A DNA stretch of 64,000 nt from an uncultured Bacteroidota bacterium (GTDB taxonomy: Bacteria; Bacteroidota; Bacteroidia; Chitinophagales; Chitinophagaceae): NCBI GenBank assembly GCA_903926605.1, contig CAIYJV010000031.1, positions 8,178-72,177 on the forward strand. Reading direction: 5' to 3'. Positions within the stretch are counted from its first letter, which is position 1; every line of letters starts with the position of its first letter. Shown piece by piece: positions 16,300-27,126 of the stretch. The notes under the pieces are model-generated. The model was not told the DNA's origin. It did no database searches and worked only from the letters and a program-made list of their open reading frames with translations. Position numbers and translations under genes: made by a program.

Positions 16300-17625
16300 T
16301 CAGGTTTTGGGATACAGACATTTTTTATAGGCTTCCAGGCAGCGTTTACGGGCCAGGTCATGGGGCACCATCGGCGTGGGGTATGCAAGGCTGTGGAGAT
16401 CAGTGACCCAACGGTTCACATATTCCAGTTTTGGGTCGTATTTTTCTGTTTGCAACGTCGGATTAAACACCCGGAAGTAGGGTGCTGCATCGCAGCCACA
16501 ACCTGCCGCCCATTGCCAGCCACCGTTGTTGGCCGCGAGGTCATAGTCCAGCAACTTTGTGGCAAAATAGTGTTCGCCCCACCGCCAGTCTATCAGTAAA
16601 TGCTTGGTCAGAAAGCTGGCGGTGATCATGCGTACCCGGTTATGCATATAGCCTGTTTGGTTCAGCTGCCTCATTCCGGCATCTACAATAGGGTATCCCG
16701 TTTTGCCTTCCGTCCACAATGCGAATTCGTCTTCCCTGTTGCGCCACGGTATCCGGTCGTACTGTTTTTTAAAGGCACCTTCCGCCACATACGGGAACTG
16801 CCATAATATCATCATATAAAACTCGCGCCATATCAGTTCGTTCAGAAGTACCGCGTTCAGCGCCTTTACTTCTTTCACCAGCTTGCGGATACTCAGCGTG
16901 CCAAATCGCAGATGTATACTCAGCCCTGTCGTACCCTTCAGTTCTGGGTAATCGCGCGTCTGGTCATACCGGGAGGCGATGGTCCTGTCCAGTTCCGGAG
17001 GACCGAACGAGTACCCTGAAGACACAAAACCGATCTGAGCCAGAGACGGGATCGGGCGTGCCGCCTGTTTCAAAAAACCGGAAAAGTGCTTTTCCGATTC
17101 GTAGGATGCCAGATGGACCTCAGATAATACTTCCTTCCATTTGCGGCTATAAGGGGTGTACACCGTATAAGGCTTGCCATCGTCTTTCAGCACCTCGTTT
17201 TTTTCCAGTATCACCTGATCCTTAAAAGTATGCAGCGGTATGCCGGATGCTGCAAGCAATACACGGACAGCTTCGTCACGTTTATTTGCTGCCTGTTCAT
17301 AATCATGGTTGGTATACACTGCCGCCACGGGATACGAGTCCATAATTTCTTTAAAAGCAGCGACCGGGTTGCTGTGCAATACATGCAGTGTGCTGCCGGC
17401 AGCTACCAGTTGCTGCTGTATCTTCACGATACAGCTATGTATAAATTCTACCCTTCGGTCCTGCTTGTCCTCCAGCTTGTCCAGTATCTCCGTATCAAAA
17501 ATGAATACGGGTAGTACGGGCTTTCCGCTCGTGAGGGCTTTAAATAATCCGGTATTGTCTTCCAGCCTCAGGTCCCGGCGAAACCAGAACACGGTTATTT
17601 TCTCCTGCATATCAAAGTGCTCCAA
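16300..17625 (-). CDS. phr: Deoxyribodipyrimidine photo-lyase / cryptochrome family flavoprotein
   Basis: 441 aa. N-terminal FWFRRDLRLEDNTGL. FAD-binding region TGYPIVDAGMRQL...GYMHNRVRMITASFL...WQWAAG. The start may instead be the ATG at 17610 (MQEKITVFWF), which would remove the overlap with the upstream gene. Confidence 0.9.
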   Translation of the reverse strand: MEHFDMQEKITVFWFRRDLRLEDNTGLFKALTSGKPVLPVFIFDTEILDKLEDKQDRRVEFIHSCIVKIQQQLVAAGSTLHVLHSNPVAAFKEIMDSYPVAAVYTNHDYEQAANKRDEAVRVLLAASGIPLHTFKDQVILEKNEVLKDDGKPYTVYTPYSRKWKEVLSEVHLASYESEKHFSGFLKQAARPIPSLAQIGFVSSGYSFGPPELDRTIASRYDQTRDYPELKGTTGLSIHLRFGTLSIRKLVKEVKALNAVLLNELIWREFYMMILWQFPYVAEGAFKKQYDRIPWRNREDEFALWTEGKTGYPIVDAGMRQLNQTGYMHNRVRMITASFLTKHLLIDWRWGEHYFATKLLDYDLAANNGGWQWAAGCGCDAAPYFRVFNPTLQTEKYDPKLEYVNRWVTDLHSLAYPTPMVPHDLARKRCLEAYKKCLYPKT

Positions 17626-18070
17626 ATTTTTGTTTCAGCACCTCTCGGCGGTAGTCAAATATTTTCTTCAGTTTCGGAGCCACGATCAGGTTATTTGCCA
17701 AGTTGCCCAGAAAGCCCATCGGGAGCTTGTAATGTATCACATCGGTCATTTCCACGCCGCCGGCTACTGTGCGGAAATGGTGTTCATGATGCCAGATGGC
17801 ATAAGGCCCCGTGCGTTGTTCATCTACAAACCTGACCCCGTCTGCTACATGGGTTATTTCGGTCAGCCATTCAAATCCCACCAGCGGCATTAGTTTTATC
17901 CGGTAGTGGATCATCTGCCCCGCATACATACCGGCGGTATCTTTTGTCAGTATCCGGAATTTCATTTCGGGTGGCGTGATAAGGCTCAGATTGGCGGGGT
18001 CGCTGAAAAAATTCCAGGCGGTAGCCAAATCAATGCGCAAATTTTGCTGCTGCCGCAATACGTAGATCAT
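17612..18070 (-). CDS. SRPBCC-fold ligand-binding protein
   Basis: 152 aa. Its length and sequence pattern match the small SRPBCC proteins often found next to photolyase genes. It abuts the photolyase gene on the same strand. Confidence 0.6.
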   Translation of the reverse strand: MIYVLRQQQNLRIDLATAWNFFSDPANLSLITPPEMKFRILTKDTAGMYAGQMIHYRIKLMPLVGFEWLTEITHVADGVRFVDEQRTGPYAIWHHEHHFRTVAGGVEMTDVIHYKLPMGFLGNLANNLIVAPKLKKIFDYRREVLKQKFGAL

Positions 18071-18093
18071 TTGCCGTGTGTTTTGCTTTCGTG

Positions 18094-18101
18094 CAAAGAT
18101 A
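18094..18101 (-). promoter_or_regulatory. Candidate -7 box (TATCTTTG on the minus strand) for the SRPBCC-photolyase operon
   Basis: The plus strand reads CAAAGATA, 24 nt upstream of the SRPBCC start at 18070. Confidence 0.4.
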
Positions 18102-18188
18102 TTTTGTTTAAAAAAACCAATGAAATTTTAAACAAAATGTAGCAAGAGTTTTTATTGATAACAGGCTATTTTCTTGTAGTGGCCCAAT

Positions 18189-19148
18189 CTAGTTTTCAGG
18201 TGGTAAAATTTCTTCGGTTTCCACCTGTCCCCGACTGTGTTGCGCCTTGTTCTTTTTATGGATAAAGTACACGGCCAAAATTCCGGCAAAGCCTCCTGCA
18301 ATAGTATGTACCATGACCCGTTCCCCCAGCAACGCCCAAGCAGATACAGCCGCAGCAAAGGGTACCAGAAACAAAAAACTGCTGGCGCGTTCGGCTCCCA
18401 GTTTTGTGGTGGTAAAAAAGTACACGGTGGTGGCTATGGTCGTAACGATCACGGAACTGAAAAACAAGTTGAGCCACAAGATAGGTTCCCGCACCCGTAG
18501 CAGACCTTCAAACTCTTTATAGTCTGTCAGGAACAATACGCAGATCAGTGTTACCAGGTATTGCCAGAAGCTGAATGCCATAGACGTGCCGTATCTGGCT
18601 CCGGTAGCCGTGAATTTACTCATAGCTGCCCAGATAAAGGCGGCGAGCAGGAAGTAAAGGTTGCCTGCTTCCATCATGAGCTGGTAATTCTCCCACACCT
18701 TCAGCAATATCAAACCCGCGCACAGACCCAATCCCAGCCCTATTCTTTCATTCACGGATGGAACTCTTCTGCTCAGTGCTATGCCTATGCTGTAGGCGAA
18801 CACCGGGTTCAGAATGGTTACAAGTACGCCGCCCGCGCCAGCCGTACCTGCCTTAAGACCCCTGAACGTAAAATAGCTGTAGGCGGCCAGCAATACACCC
18901 GATATGACCACATAGGGGATGCCCGACGCCTTGAGCTTGAAGCCGCCCTTCATGAACATCAATGCAGGGGCCAGCGAGATCACGACCAGTATGTATCTGT
19001 AGGCGGTAATATTCAGCGGACTGCAATAATGAGTCAGCACTTTAGACGAAGGCCAGCTCAGCCCCCACAGGCACATACTCACGATCATTCCGCCTGTAAG
19101 CCACGGATGTGCCTGGGTAGAATGACCATTCTGTTCATGACGATGCAT
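18189..19148 (-). CDS. DMT-superfamily (EamA-like) transporter
   Basis: 319 aa with about 10 hydrophobic segments in two similar halves, the typical EamA repeat architecture. The start is uncertain: M1 at 19148 or M21. Confidence 0.75.
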   Translation of the reverse strand: MHRHEQNGHSTQAHPWLTGGMIVSMCLWGLSWPSSKVLTHYCSPLNITAYRYILVVISLAPALMFMKGGFKLKASGIPYVVISGVLLAAYSYFTFRGLKAGTAGAGGVLVTILNPVFAYSIGIALSRRVPSVNERIGLGLGLCAGLILLKVWENYQLMMEAGNLYFLLAAFIWAAMSKFTATGARYGTSMAFSFWQYLVTLICVLFLTDYKEFEGLLRVREPILWLNLFFSSVIVTTIATTVYFFTTTKLGAERASSFLFLVPFAAAVSAWALLGERVMVHTIAGGFAGILAVYFIHKKNKAQHSRGQVETEEILPPEN

Positions 19149-19180
19149 GTGTAAAGTAACCGATTTTATCGGTAAAGAAA

Positions 19181-19208
19181 ACAGGCAGGTCGTTTCCGGC
19201 CCGCCTGT
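19181..19208 (-). terminator. Stem-loop downstream of the OmpA/TSP3 gene
   Basis: ACAGGCAGG-TCGTTTCCGG-CCCGCCTGT imperfect hairpin, about 45 nt past the stop on the minus strand. Confidence 0.45.
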
Positions 19209-19251
19209 TCATTTATGTTTGTCCCGGCAAAATGGGACTATAAATATATAA

Positions 19252-20973
19252 CTACTTGTTATTCAGTTCCGGATGTGGCGGTGGTGTTCTGGACGGCCCG
19301 GTTTCATCCGTGTTGGCGGAACGGAAAGTTACAATGTTCTCATCACCATCCTTACCATACTGGAAGATAAAACGGTCGCTGCTTATGTTGTGCTTCTCGG
19401 CCATATACTCGATCACCGTATTCACATGCTCCCATGAGCGTTCTTCCTTCAGTTTGCTGCCATTGCCTGCACCTACTATCACGGCCTTGCAATCCGGGTA
19501 TGCCTTCATCTGGCTTGCCAGCGTAGCAAGCAATTCTGCCTGCGCGGCATTCAGTTTGTTGCCGTTAAAGTACAAAGTGCCATCGGCTATGCCACCGCAT
19601 TTGCCACCCTTTTTGCCGCTCAACTCACCACAACCGTCAGGACAAGGGCAATGGCCTACACCATCTGCATCAACCGGTTGGCATTCGGTAGGTGTTATCA
19701 GTTGTTTGTCTTTATAATCCGGTACGCCATCGCCATCCGTATCCAGCGGGCATCCATGAATATCCACCGCGATGCCGGCCGGCGTTTTCGGACACTTGTC
19801 AAACTGGTCGGTCACACCATCGGCATCTTCATCGGGGAGAATTGGGTTCGGAAGCATCATGTGCCGCGGATAGGATATTTCCTGGTACAGATGATCGAGC
19901 GGATTGATCCAGTAAAGTGGCTCAACCGATTTTTTCTTGTTCTTCAGGTTATAATTCACACTCAGTGAGAAGTAACTGATACCATCGCGCGAACGGCCCT
20001 GCGATACCACATTACCTAGCGGAATTCCGTACCTCGAACCATCCAGATACACGTCTGCCGGAAAGGTATAGCGTTCTTCCAGTTGTACATTAAATTGTTT
20101 GTTGATCTTGTATTGAACTCCGGCTCCTACACTCGGTGCAAAATCGAGTGTTTTATGATCCAGGATATGCGAAGTGCCGGGGTTTTCTGCGGCGCTCTCA
20201 TAGCTATTGTCCATTTTGCTCTGCAATTGCTTTCTGATGCTGGATGCACTGCCTGAGGAGTTTTTTGCCAGTGAGTCAAATCTGTAGCCTACGTAATTGT
20301 TGTCCAGCGCATTCACTCGGGTCTTATAACCCAGGGCTCCGATACCGAAATACCCGAAGAACAACACAGAGTTCTTATCCCTGTTGAAACTGATATTGTG
20401 CGAACTGAAAATAAGGTCCAGACTCAATTGCGACGCTTCCATTCTGGTAGCGCGGAAAACCTGTGTTGCAGGGTTGCCTGTTGTGGCAAGGTACAAAGGC
20501 GTATACCCGTTGTTGGAATAGGGAAGCCCGTAGCTGGTGGTGGGCTGTGTGTCCAGATTTTTACCTATGCCATAAATATATTGCAGCCTCGTGGAGAACA
20601 TATAACCCCAGGCTTTACGCACATTCACATTCAGGCCACCGCCGCCCTTCTGCCACAAAAACAGGGTGGGTACGTTGCCGATCACATTATACTGGCCCAT
20701 GCCGATGCCTAATTCCCACATATTTCTGGGTTTGGCGGGGAACACAGCCTGATGATCCAGATATTTTTTGTGCTGTTTCATCCTGAACTTTGGAATGTAG
20801 GAAGTATCCAGCACATCATAGTTTTTGCCCCTGTAGGTCATATCCCTGTTAGACCATTGCAGCGATGGGCGGGGTTTTGTAGTATCTATCGGGGGCTGGC
20901 TTTCCTGTGCGATCAGGTTGCCCGCTACCAATACTGCCGAAAACAGGAACAACAAGAATTTCTTGTTCACCAT
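19252..20973 (-). CDS. Outer-membrane protein with thrombospondin type 3 (Ca-binding) repeats and an OmpA-like C-terminal domain
   Basis: Signal peptide. Beta-barrel-like N-terminal half. DEDADGVTDQFDKCP and DTDGDGVPDYKDKQ repeats. C-terminal OmpA-like region. Confidence 0.8.
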   Translation of the reverse strand: MVNKKFLLFLFSAVLVAGNLIAQESQPPIDTTKPRPSLQWSNRDMTYRGKNYDVLDTSYIPKFRMKQHKKYLDHQAVFPAKPRNMWELGIGMGQYNVIGNVPTLFLWQKGGGGLNVNVRKAWGYMFSTRLQYIYGIGKNLDTQPTTSYGLPYSNNGYTPLYLATTGNPATQVFRATRMEASQLSLDLIFSSHNISFNRDKNSVLFFGYFGIGALGYKTRVNALDNNYVGYRFDSLAKNSSGSASSIRKQLQSKMDNSYESAAENPGTSHILDHKTLDFAPSVGAGVQYKINKQFNVQLEERYTFPADVYLDGSRYGIPLGNVVSQGRSRDGISYFSLSVNYNLKNKKKSVEPLYWINPLDHLYQEISYPRHMMLPNPILPDEDADGVTDQFDKCPKTPAGIAVDIHGCPLDTDGDGVPDYKDKQLITPTECQPVDADGVGHCPCPDGCGELSGKKGGKCGGIADGTLYFNGNKLNAAQAELLATLASQMKAYPDCKAVIVGAGNGSKLKEERSWEHVNTVIEYMAEKHNISSDRFIFQYGKDGDENIVTFRSANTDETGPSRTPPPHPELNNK

Positions 20974-21289
20974 AGATCAATTTAATATTAGTAAATGTAA
21001 AAACTATACCGGCTCGGTTGTAAAAGCAAACTAAAAAACCGGGTGAGGCAGTGGATTTAACATTCCGGTAAACAAAAGTTAGCCTAAAAGTGACCGGCAA
21101 CCCCTGAACCATGGAAAAACAGCCCACCTGCGCAACTTAGCAAAAGTATCACGATACGATACAAAAAACAAACACATCGTTAATATTAACCATTATTTTG
21201 TCTTTTGGGCAGGCAACACACCCTAATTACCTTTTTTGAGCAATAATGCCCTAATTTCGTTCCCCGGCGGCAGCTTTTTCACACAACAC

Positions 21290-22252
21290 ATGGAACTGGT
21301 AAATAAGATAATAGGGGAAGAACTCAAGCTGTTTGAACAGAAGTTTTCGGATAATGTGAAGGGCACAAATCCCTTGCTCGACCGTATTCTCAAGTTTATC
21401 ATTAAGCGCAAGGGCAAGCAAATGCGCCCCATGTTTGTATTTCTTTCGGCAAAGATCGCGGGCGAACTGGGAGACGTATCCTATCGCGCTGCATCCCTTA
21501 TAGAATTGCTGCATACAGCTACCCTGGTACACGATGATGTGGTGGACAATGCCATGATGCGGCGCAATTTCTTTTCTATCAATGCATTGTGGAAAAACAA
21601 GATCGCTGTGCTCGTAGGCGACTACCTGCTTTCCAAGGGATTGCTGCTTTCTATAGAACATGGTGATTACCGCATACTCCAGATCACTTCGCGCGCGGTG
21701 CGGGAGATGAGCGAAGGCGAACTGCTGCAAATGGAGAAAGCCCGCAAACTGGATATTGACGAAGCAGTATATTTCGAGATCATCCGGGCCAAAACAGCTA
21801 CGCTTTTGTCTGCCGCTTGTTCTGCAGGTGCATGGTCTGCCACTGCCGACGAAGCAGCAACCGAACATTTCAGAATGTTTGGCGAAAAAGTAGGTATAGC
21901 CTTCCAGATCAAGGACGACCTTTTTGATTATGGCGAGCAGAACATAGGCAAACCTACAGGCATAGACATAAAGGAAAAGAAAATGACTTTGCCGCTTATA
22001 TATACGTTGCAGCACGCCGACAGGGAAACGCGCCGAAAGATCATATATATCGTCAAAAACCAGAGTACCGACCGCGCCAAGGTGAACGAGGTAATAGCGC
22101 TGGTGCAAAAGAGCGGGGGCATAGCCTACAGCGAGCAAAAAATGATGGAGTACAAAAAGGCAGCACTCGACCTGTTGGAACAATACCCCGATACACCTGC
22201 AAAAAAGGCTATGTTAGAACTGGTGGACTATGTAATAGACCGCAAGTATTGA
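21290..22252 (+). CDS. Polyprenyl diphosphate synthase (trans-isoprenyl, long chain)
   Basis: The ORF track starts at TTG 21236. I prefer ATG 21290 (MELVNKII). First and second Asp-rich motifs are LVHDDVVDN and IKDDLFD. Confidence 0.9.
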   Translation: MELVNKIIGEELKLFEQKFSDNVKGTNPLLDRILKFIIKRKGKQMRPMFVFLSAKIAGELGDVSYRAASLIELLHTATLVHDDVVDNAMMRRNFFSINALWKNKIAVLVGDYLLSKGLLLSIEHGDYRILQITSRAVREMSEGELLQMEKARKLDIDEAVYFEIIRAKTATLLSAACSAGAWSATADEAATEHFRMFGEKVGIAFQIKDDLFDYGEQNIGKPTGIDIKEKKMTLPLIYTLQHADRETRRKIIYIVKNQSTDRAKVNEVIALVQKSGGIAYSEQKMMEYKKAALDLLEQYPDTPAKKAMLELVDYVIDRKY

Positions 22253-22317
22253 TCACAGGTCTGCAATTTGCAAGCCCCTTCTTATTTTTACAAAAGAGAT
22301 TTTCCAAATTTGCCGCT

Positions 22318-23418
22318 ATGAAAGTAAAAGACATACTGTTGGCTTTAGAGACTTTTGCCCCATCGCAATACCAGGAGTCTTACGACAACTGTGGTCTCCA
22401 GACCGGAGACCCGGAAGATCTGGTACAGGCAGTGCTGGTCTGTCTCGATGTCACTGAAGCTATTGTACAGGAGGCATTAAGCAGGGATTGCAATGTGATC
22501 GTTTCGCACCACCCGCTCCTGTTTTCTGGCTTAAAACGTATTGCTGGTCGAACCTATGTGGAGCGCACCCTTAAATTGGCCATTAAAAACGATGTGAACA
22601 TTATATCTGTTCATACCAGTCTCGACAACCAGATAAGCGGAGTGAATGCGGTCATCGCCGGTAAGTTAGGTCTTGTAAATTGTAAGGTGTTGTCGCCCAT
22701 GCCCGGCACCCTTGTAAAACTGTATACCTACGCCCCCGCCGCTTCTGCCACCGGCGTAAGAGATGCATTGTTTGCCGCCGGTGCAGGTGTGATCAGCAAA
22801 TACAGCGAATGCAGTTTCAGCGCTTCCGGTACGGGTACATTCCGTGCTGCCGCCGGTGCCGATCCTGCCATAGGTCAGGCTGGCGGACCCAGGGAGTCTG
22901 TGGACGAAGTGAAAATTGAGGTGATCTTTGAAAAACATCTCGAGGGTCGTGTCCTTGCCGCAATGAAGGCAAACCATCCTTATGAAGAGGTTGCCTACGA
23001 ACTAATTTCCCTTCGGAACGAGAACCAGAACATCGGTGCCGGTCTGGTGGGCGATCTGCCTGTTGCCGTCCCGGAAACAGAATTTCTGACATTTATAAAA
23101 TCTGCATTGCCGACGGGTTGCATCCGCCATACTGCCCCTTTGGGCAAAAAAGTAGAACGAGTGGCACTTTGTGGTGGGTCGGGCAGTTTTCTGCTGAAAG
23201 ATGCAATTAGTTCAGGAGCGGATGTATTTATATCAGGGGATTTTAGATATCATCAGTTTTTTGATGCCGAAGGCCGGATCATGATCGCCGACATTGGCCA
23301 TTACGAAAGCGAACAATTCACGCCTGAAATAATTCAGGATGTTCTTACAAAAAAATTTCCTAATTTTGCGATTCTTTTATCGGGGATAAATACAAATCCT
23401 TTACAATATTTTTGCTAA
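22318..23418 (+). CDS. Nif3-like dinuclear metal centre protein (YbgI / GTP cyclohydrolase 1 type 2 family)
   Basis: Start taken at ATG 22318 (MKVKDILLALETFAP). VIVSHHPLLF and IADIGHYESE motifs, with a PII-like insert between the two halves. Confidence 0.85.
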   Translation: MKVKDILLALETFAPSQYQESYDNCGLQTGDPEDLVQAVLVCLDVTEAIVQEALSRDCNVIVSHHPLLFSGLKRIAGRTYVERTLKLAIKNDVNIISVHTSLDNQISGVNAVIAGKLGLVNCKVLSPMPGTLVKLYTYAPAASATGVRDALFAAGAGVISKYSECSFSASGTGTFRAAAGADPAIGQAGGPRESVDEVKIEVIFEKHLEGRVLAAMKANHPYEEVAYELISLRNENQNIGAGLVGDLPVAVPETEFLTFIKSALPTGCIRHTAPLGKKVERVALCGGSGSFLLKDAISSGADVFISGDFRYHQFFDAEGRIMIADIGHYESEQFTPEIIQDVLTKKFPNFAILLSGINTNPLQYFC

Positions 23419-24173
23419 TGGCTACATTAAAAGATTTTTCAGTAGAAGAAAAACTGAGTGCAGTACTCTCTCTGCAGAAGATTGATTCCAAGATCGATGA
23501 GATCAAGACCTTGAAGGGCGAACTTCCTATGGAAGTGAAAGACCTTGAAGACGAAATAGAAGGTCTGAAAACCAGGCTGGGCAACATAGATTCTGAAATT
23601 GCATCTATCAATGCGCTCATCGAATCGAGGAATAACGCGAAAAAAGACGCGCAGGCCCTGATTAAAAAATACGAAAAACAGCAGGATAACGTTAAGAACA
23701 ACCGCGAGTTTGAAGCCATCAACAAAGAAATGGAGATGCAGGAACTTGAGGTGAAACTAAACGAAAAACACATAAAGGACGCTACCTTCGATCAGAAGGA
23801 CAAAATGAATGTCCGCCTGAAAACCGAAGAAAGGATTGCCAGTGTGGAAGAATCACTTGCCATCAAACGTCAGGAACTTGAAAAAATATCTGCCGACACC
23901 GAAAAAGAAGAATCGGTGCTGGTAGAAAAATCAAACGAAGCTAAAACCAAAGTTGACCCACGTCTGCTTACTGCATACATGCGTATCAGGGAAAGCTATC
24001 GCAATGGCTTGGCAGTAGTGCCGATTCTCAGGGATTCCTGTGGTGGTTGTTTCAATGTGATCCCACATCAGCGCCAGAGCGAAATTCGCCAGCACAAAAA
24101 AGTCATCGTGTGCGAACATTGCGGACGTATCGTGGTAGATTCCGACCTGAACGAGAAGTTGAATAAAAACTGA
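23418..24173 (+). CDS. Coiled-coil C4 zinc-ribbon protein (COG1579 family)
   Basis: Its ATG overlaps the Nif3 stop (TAATG). A long coiled coil is followed by CGGC...CEHCGR. This is the conserved partner gene downstream of Nif3. Confidence 0.8.
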   Translation: MATLKDFSVEEKLSAVLSLQKIDSKIDEIKTLKGELPMEVKDLEDEIEGLKTRLGNIDSEIASINALIESRNNAKKDAQALIKKYEKQQDNVKNNREFEAINKEMEMQELEVKLNEKHIKDATFDQKDKMNVRLKTEERIASVEESLAIKRQELEKISADTEKEESVLVEKSNEAKTKVDPRLLTAYMRIRESYRNGLAVVPILRDSCGGCFNVIPHQRQSEIRQHKKVIVCEHCGRIVVDSDLNEKLNKN

Positions 24174-24312
24174 TTATTCCGAAATCTGTTCACGTTTTCA
24201 GAATAGCCGGGCGTCAGGCTCATACTTTCAAGCAGTTGTGCTGTGACTTTTGGGGTCACAGGTAACTTCCGGCAGTGAAATAAGGCCAAGTCTCACGATA
24301 ATTTTTTATACC

Positions 24313-26166
24313 ATGTGTGGAATCGCGGGTGTCTACGGAAATATTTCGGACAAAAACATAACCTCGATTTCCGAAGGTATTCTACGCGACCTCAAACACA
24401 GGGGTCCGGATGGTCACGGAAGTTATACGGACGATCAGGTTGCTTTGATTCATACCCGTTTGTCTATCATAGACCTTTCGGAAGCCGGCAACCAACCTCT
24501 GTTCAGTACAGACGGTTCTGTGGTGCTGGTTTGCAACGGGGAGATCTATAATTACAAGGAAATTCGCACGGAGCTCATTGCAAAAAATCACCGGTTTGTT
24601 TCAAATTCAGACTGCGAGGTCCTCATTCATCTTTATCAGGAGTATCCCGATGATCCGGAAAAGGTGCTGAACCGCCTTACCGGGATGTTTGCCTTCGCCC
24701 TTTGGGACAAAACCCGTCAACGCCTGCTCATTGGCCGCGACAGGCTAGGCATCAAACCACTCTATTATTACAAGTCCGCAGATACTATTGCATTTGCTTC
24801 AGAGGTCAGGCCGATCGTCAATACCCGGCTCACCAATTTTTCGCTCGACCATACTTCTGTTTTCGAGTATTTTATGTTGGGCAGTGTGCCTGGCCCCAAT
24901 ACCCTGTACAACGAGATAAAGGCCCTTGAGCCGGGCCATTATATAGATATTACCCCGGACAAAACCAGATTCGTAAAGTACTGGGATGTGTCTCCCGGAT
25001 TGAAAAATTGGAAAAACCAGGCTGAAGTAAATAAAGCGGTGGAGGAACTGCTGGCGGAAGTAGTGGAAGATCATCTGGTAGCAGATGTACCGGTCGGTAC
25101 ATTTTTGTCGGCGGGTATAGATTCATCACTAGTCACCTATTTCGCTACCCGGATGCATCCGGCAATAGAGACATTTACCGCGTCTTTTCCTGGCGAGGAG
25201 GAAGACGAAGGCCGTATCGCCCAGGATACTTCCACCAGGCTGGGCATAAAAAATCAGTTGTTCGAGCTCAGAAATAATTTTTTTGAAGACATAAACGATC
25301 AGTTCCGCAATTTCGATCAGCCCTTTGGCAATACAAGTGCACTTTCGCTGGGCCGTATTTCCAGAGAAGCCCGCAAAAACATCAAGGTGGTACTGAGCGG
25401 AGATGGTGCCGACGAGATATTTGCCGGTTACTACCGTCATATTTTGCCGCCTCAGCCCGGTTTCCTTAAGTATATACCGGGTGGGTTGCAAGACATCACG
25501 CTGCGCGCGGGGGCTGCCCTTACAGGTAAGAATAGCCTGGAGAAACTGCGTAGAAATTTAAAGATCAGCGAAATCTCAAAATACATTTCCAAAATTTGGC
25601 TGCTTGCTCCCGAACAGGTGCTGGAGCTTCTGCATCCGGATATTGCAAAACATATAGATACTACTCGCTTTGTGTCCCGCATGGAGCGTTTTTATGCAGA
25701 TTTCAAACAGGACGATGCCATAAACCGGTTGCTGTACGTAGATGTAAAAACTACACTTGTTGACGAAATGCTGACCAAATGCGACCGCATGACCATGATG
25801 AACGCTTTGGAATGCCGGGTGCCTTTTCTAGATCACCGTATGGTGGAACTGGCATTCTCCATACCGTCAAGGTTCAAGATCAGCAACAATTTCGGAAAAA
25901 TACCGCTGCGCTCTATTGTGGCAAACAAGCTGGGCGACAAACTGGCCTATCGTAAAAAAACCGGTTTTAACTCACCCCTCAGAAAATGGCTGATGGAAGA
26001 CCCGGCCTCCAATGCTTTTGCCGTGAACAACATAGCAAGCCTGAAACACGAGGCTTTGTTCAACAGCGAAAAAATGAATAATTTGAAAACTAATTTTACA
26101 GCCGGCGACTCCTCGCTCATTTTTTCTTTAATTTGTCTTAATATTTATTTCGCTAACGGTAATTGA
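24313..26166 (+). CDS. Asparagine synthase (glutamine-hydrolysing) family amidotransferase
   Basis: Start taken at ATG 24313 so that the N-terminal nucleophile is MCGIAGVYG. The synthetase domain carries the SAGIDSS PP-loop. Confidence 0.85.
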   Translation: MCGIAGVYGNISDKNITSISEGILRDLKHRGPDGHGSYTDDQVALIHTRLSIIDLSEAGNQPLFSTDGSVVLVCNGEIYNYKEIRTELIAKNHRFVSNSDCEVLIHLYQEYPDDPEKVLNRLTGMFAFALWDKTRQRLLIGRDRLGIKPLYYYKSADTIAFASEVRPIVNTRLTNFSLDHTSVFEYFMLGSVPGPNTLYNEIKALEPGHYIDITPDKTRFVKYWDVSPGLKNWKNQAEVNKAVEELLAEVVEDHLVADVPVGTFLSAGIDSSLVTYFATRMHPAIETFTASFPGEEEDEGRIAQDTSTRLGIKNQLFELRNNFFEDINDQFRNFDQPFGNTSALSLGRISREARKNIKVVLSGDGADEIFAGYYRHILPPQPGFLKYIPGGLQDITLRAGAALTGKNSLEKLRRNLKISEISKYISKIWLLAPEQVLELLHPDIAKHIDTTRFVSRMERFYADFKQDDAINRLLYVDVKTTLVDEMLTKCDRMTMMNALECRVPFLDHRMVELAFSIPSRFKISNNFGKIPLRSIVANKLGDKLAYRKKTGFNSPLRKWLMEDPASNAFAVNNIASLKHEALFNSEKMNNLKTNFTAGDSSLIFSLICLNIYFANGN

Positions 26167-26172
26167 GTAGTC

Positions 26173-27126
26173 ATGAGAATATTGGTAACAGGAGCCTGTG
26201 GATTTATTGGAAGTAGTTTGACAGACTTTTTATTGGAACAAAAACACGAGGTGGTCGGTATAGACAATTTCGATGACTTTTACAGCCGGAAAATAAAGGA
26301 ATCAAATATCGCTCAGGCACTCAAAAACCCGGGTTTCCGGTTTTTTGAACTCGATATCTGCAGCCGTGACGCATGGGAAAAACTTTCCACTCACGGTATC
26401 GATACCATTATTCACCTCGCTGCCAAAGCGGGTGTTCGCCCCTCTATGGAAAAACCCGTGGAGTATAATGAGGTGAACATTATCGGTACGCACCTCATGC
26501 TGGAGTTTGCACGCAAACAAGGTATAAAAAAGATACTTTTCGCATCGTCCAGCAGCGTTTATGGGGTAAACAAAAACCTACCCTGGTCGGTAAACGATAC
26601 CAACCTGCTGCCCATTAGTATATATGCATTCTCCAAGCTCACCGGCGAGCAGCTATGCAGATACTATCACGAAAATTTTGGTCTCCACATCACCGTACTC
26701 CGGTTTTTTACGGTTATCGGTCCGCGGCAGCGCCCGGATCTGGTAATTCATAAGTTTGTAAAAGCCATCTCAGAAGACAGGGAAATTACACTTTTTGGCA
26801 ATGGCAACACTTTTCGCGACTATACCTTTATCGGTGATATAGTAGCAGGAATAGTGGGTGCACTCACCTACGAAAGCCAGGGTTATGAGATTTTCAATTT
26901 GGGCAACTCGCATACTGTGGGTCTGCTGGAACTGGTAGCAACCATAGAAGACCTTTTGGGCAAGAAAGCAAGGATCACCTACCTGCCTGAGCAGAAAGGA
27001 GATGTGCCCTATACCTGGAGCGATATACAGAAAACCACCGAATTGCTGAACTTTCATCCCAAAACAGACGTAAGAGAGGGCATATCGAAGTTTATAGACT
27101 GGTATAAAAAAGAATTTGCGCAATGA
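26173..27126 (+). CDS. NAD-dependent nucleotide-sugar epimerase/dehydratase (SDR)
   Basis: MRILVTGACGFIGSSL Rossmann motif and the YAFSK catalytic Tyr-x3-Lys. Confidence 0.85.
   Translation: MRILVTGACGFIGSSLTDFLLEQKHEVVGIDNFDDFYSRKIKESNIAQALKNPGFRFFELDICSRDAWEKLSTHGIDTIIHLAAKAGVRPSMEKPVEYNEVNIIGTHLMLEFARKQGIKKILFASSSSVYGVNKNLPWSVNDTNLLPISIYAFSKLTGEQLCRYYHENFGLHITVLRFFTVIGPRQRPDLVIHKFVKAISEDREITLFGNGNTFRDYTFIGDIVAGIVGALTYESQGYEIFNLGNSHTVGLLELVATIEDLLGKKARITYLPEQKGDVPYTWSDIQKTTELLNFHPKTDVREGISKFIDWYKKEFAQ

Noticed and set aside
24201-24225. A possible fifth copy of the repeat (CAGAATAGCCGGGCGTCAGGCTC) upstream of the AsnB-family gene.
   Set aside because: Only the GAATAGCC octamer and a weak 4-bp hairpin match, and the second hairpin module is absent. 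It is too degenerate to call without a covariance model.
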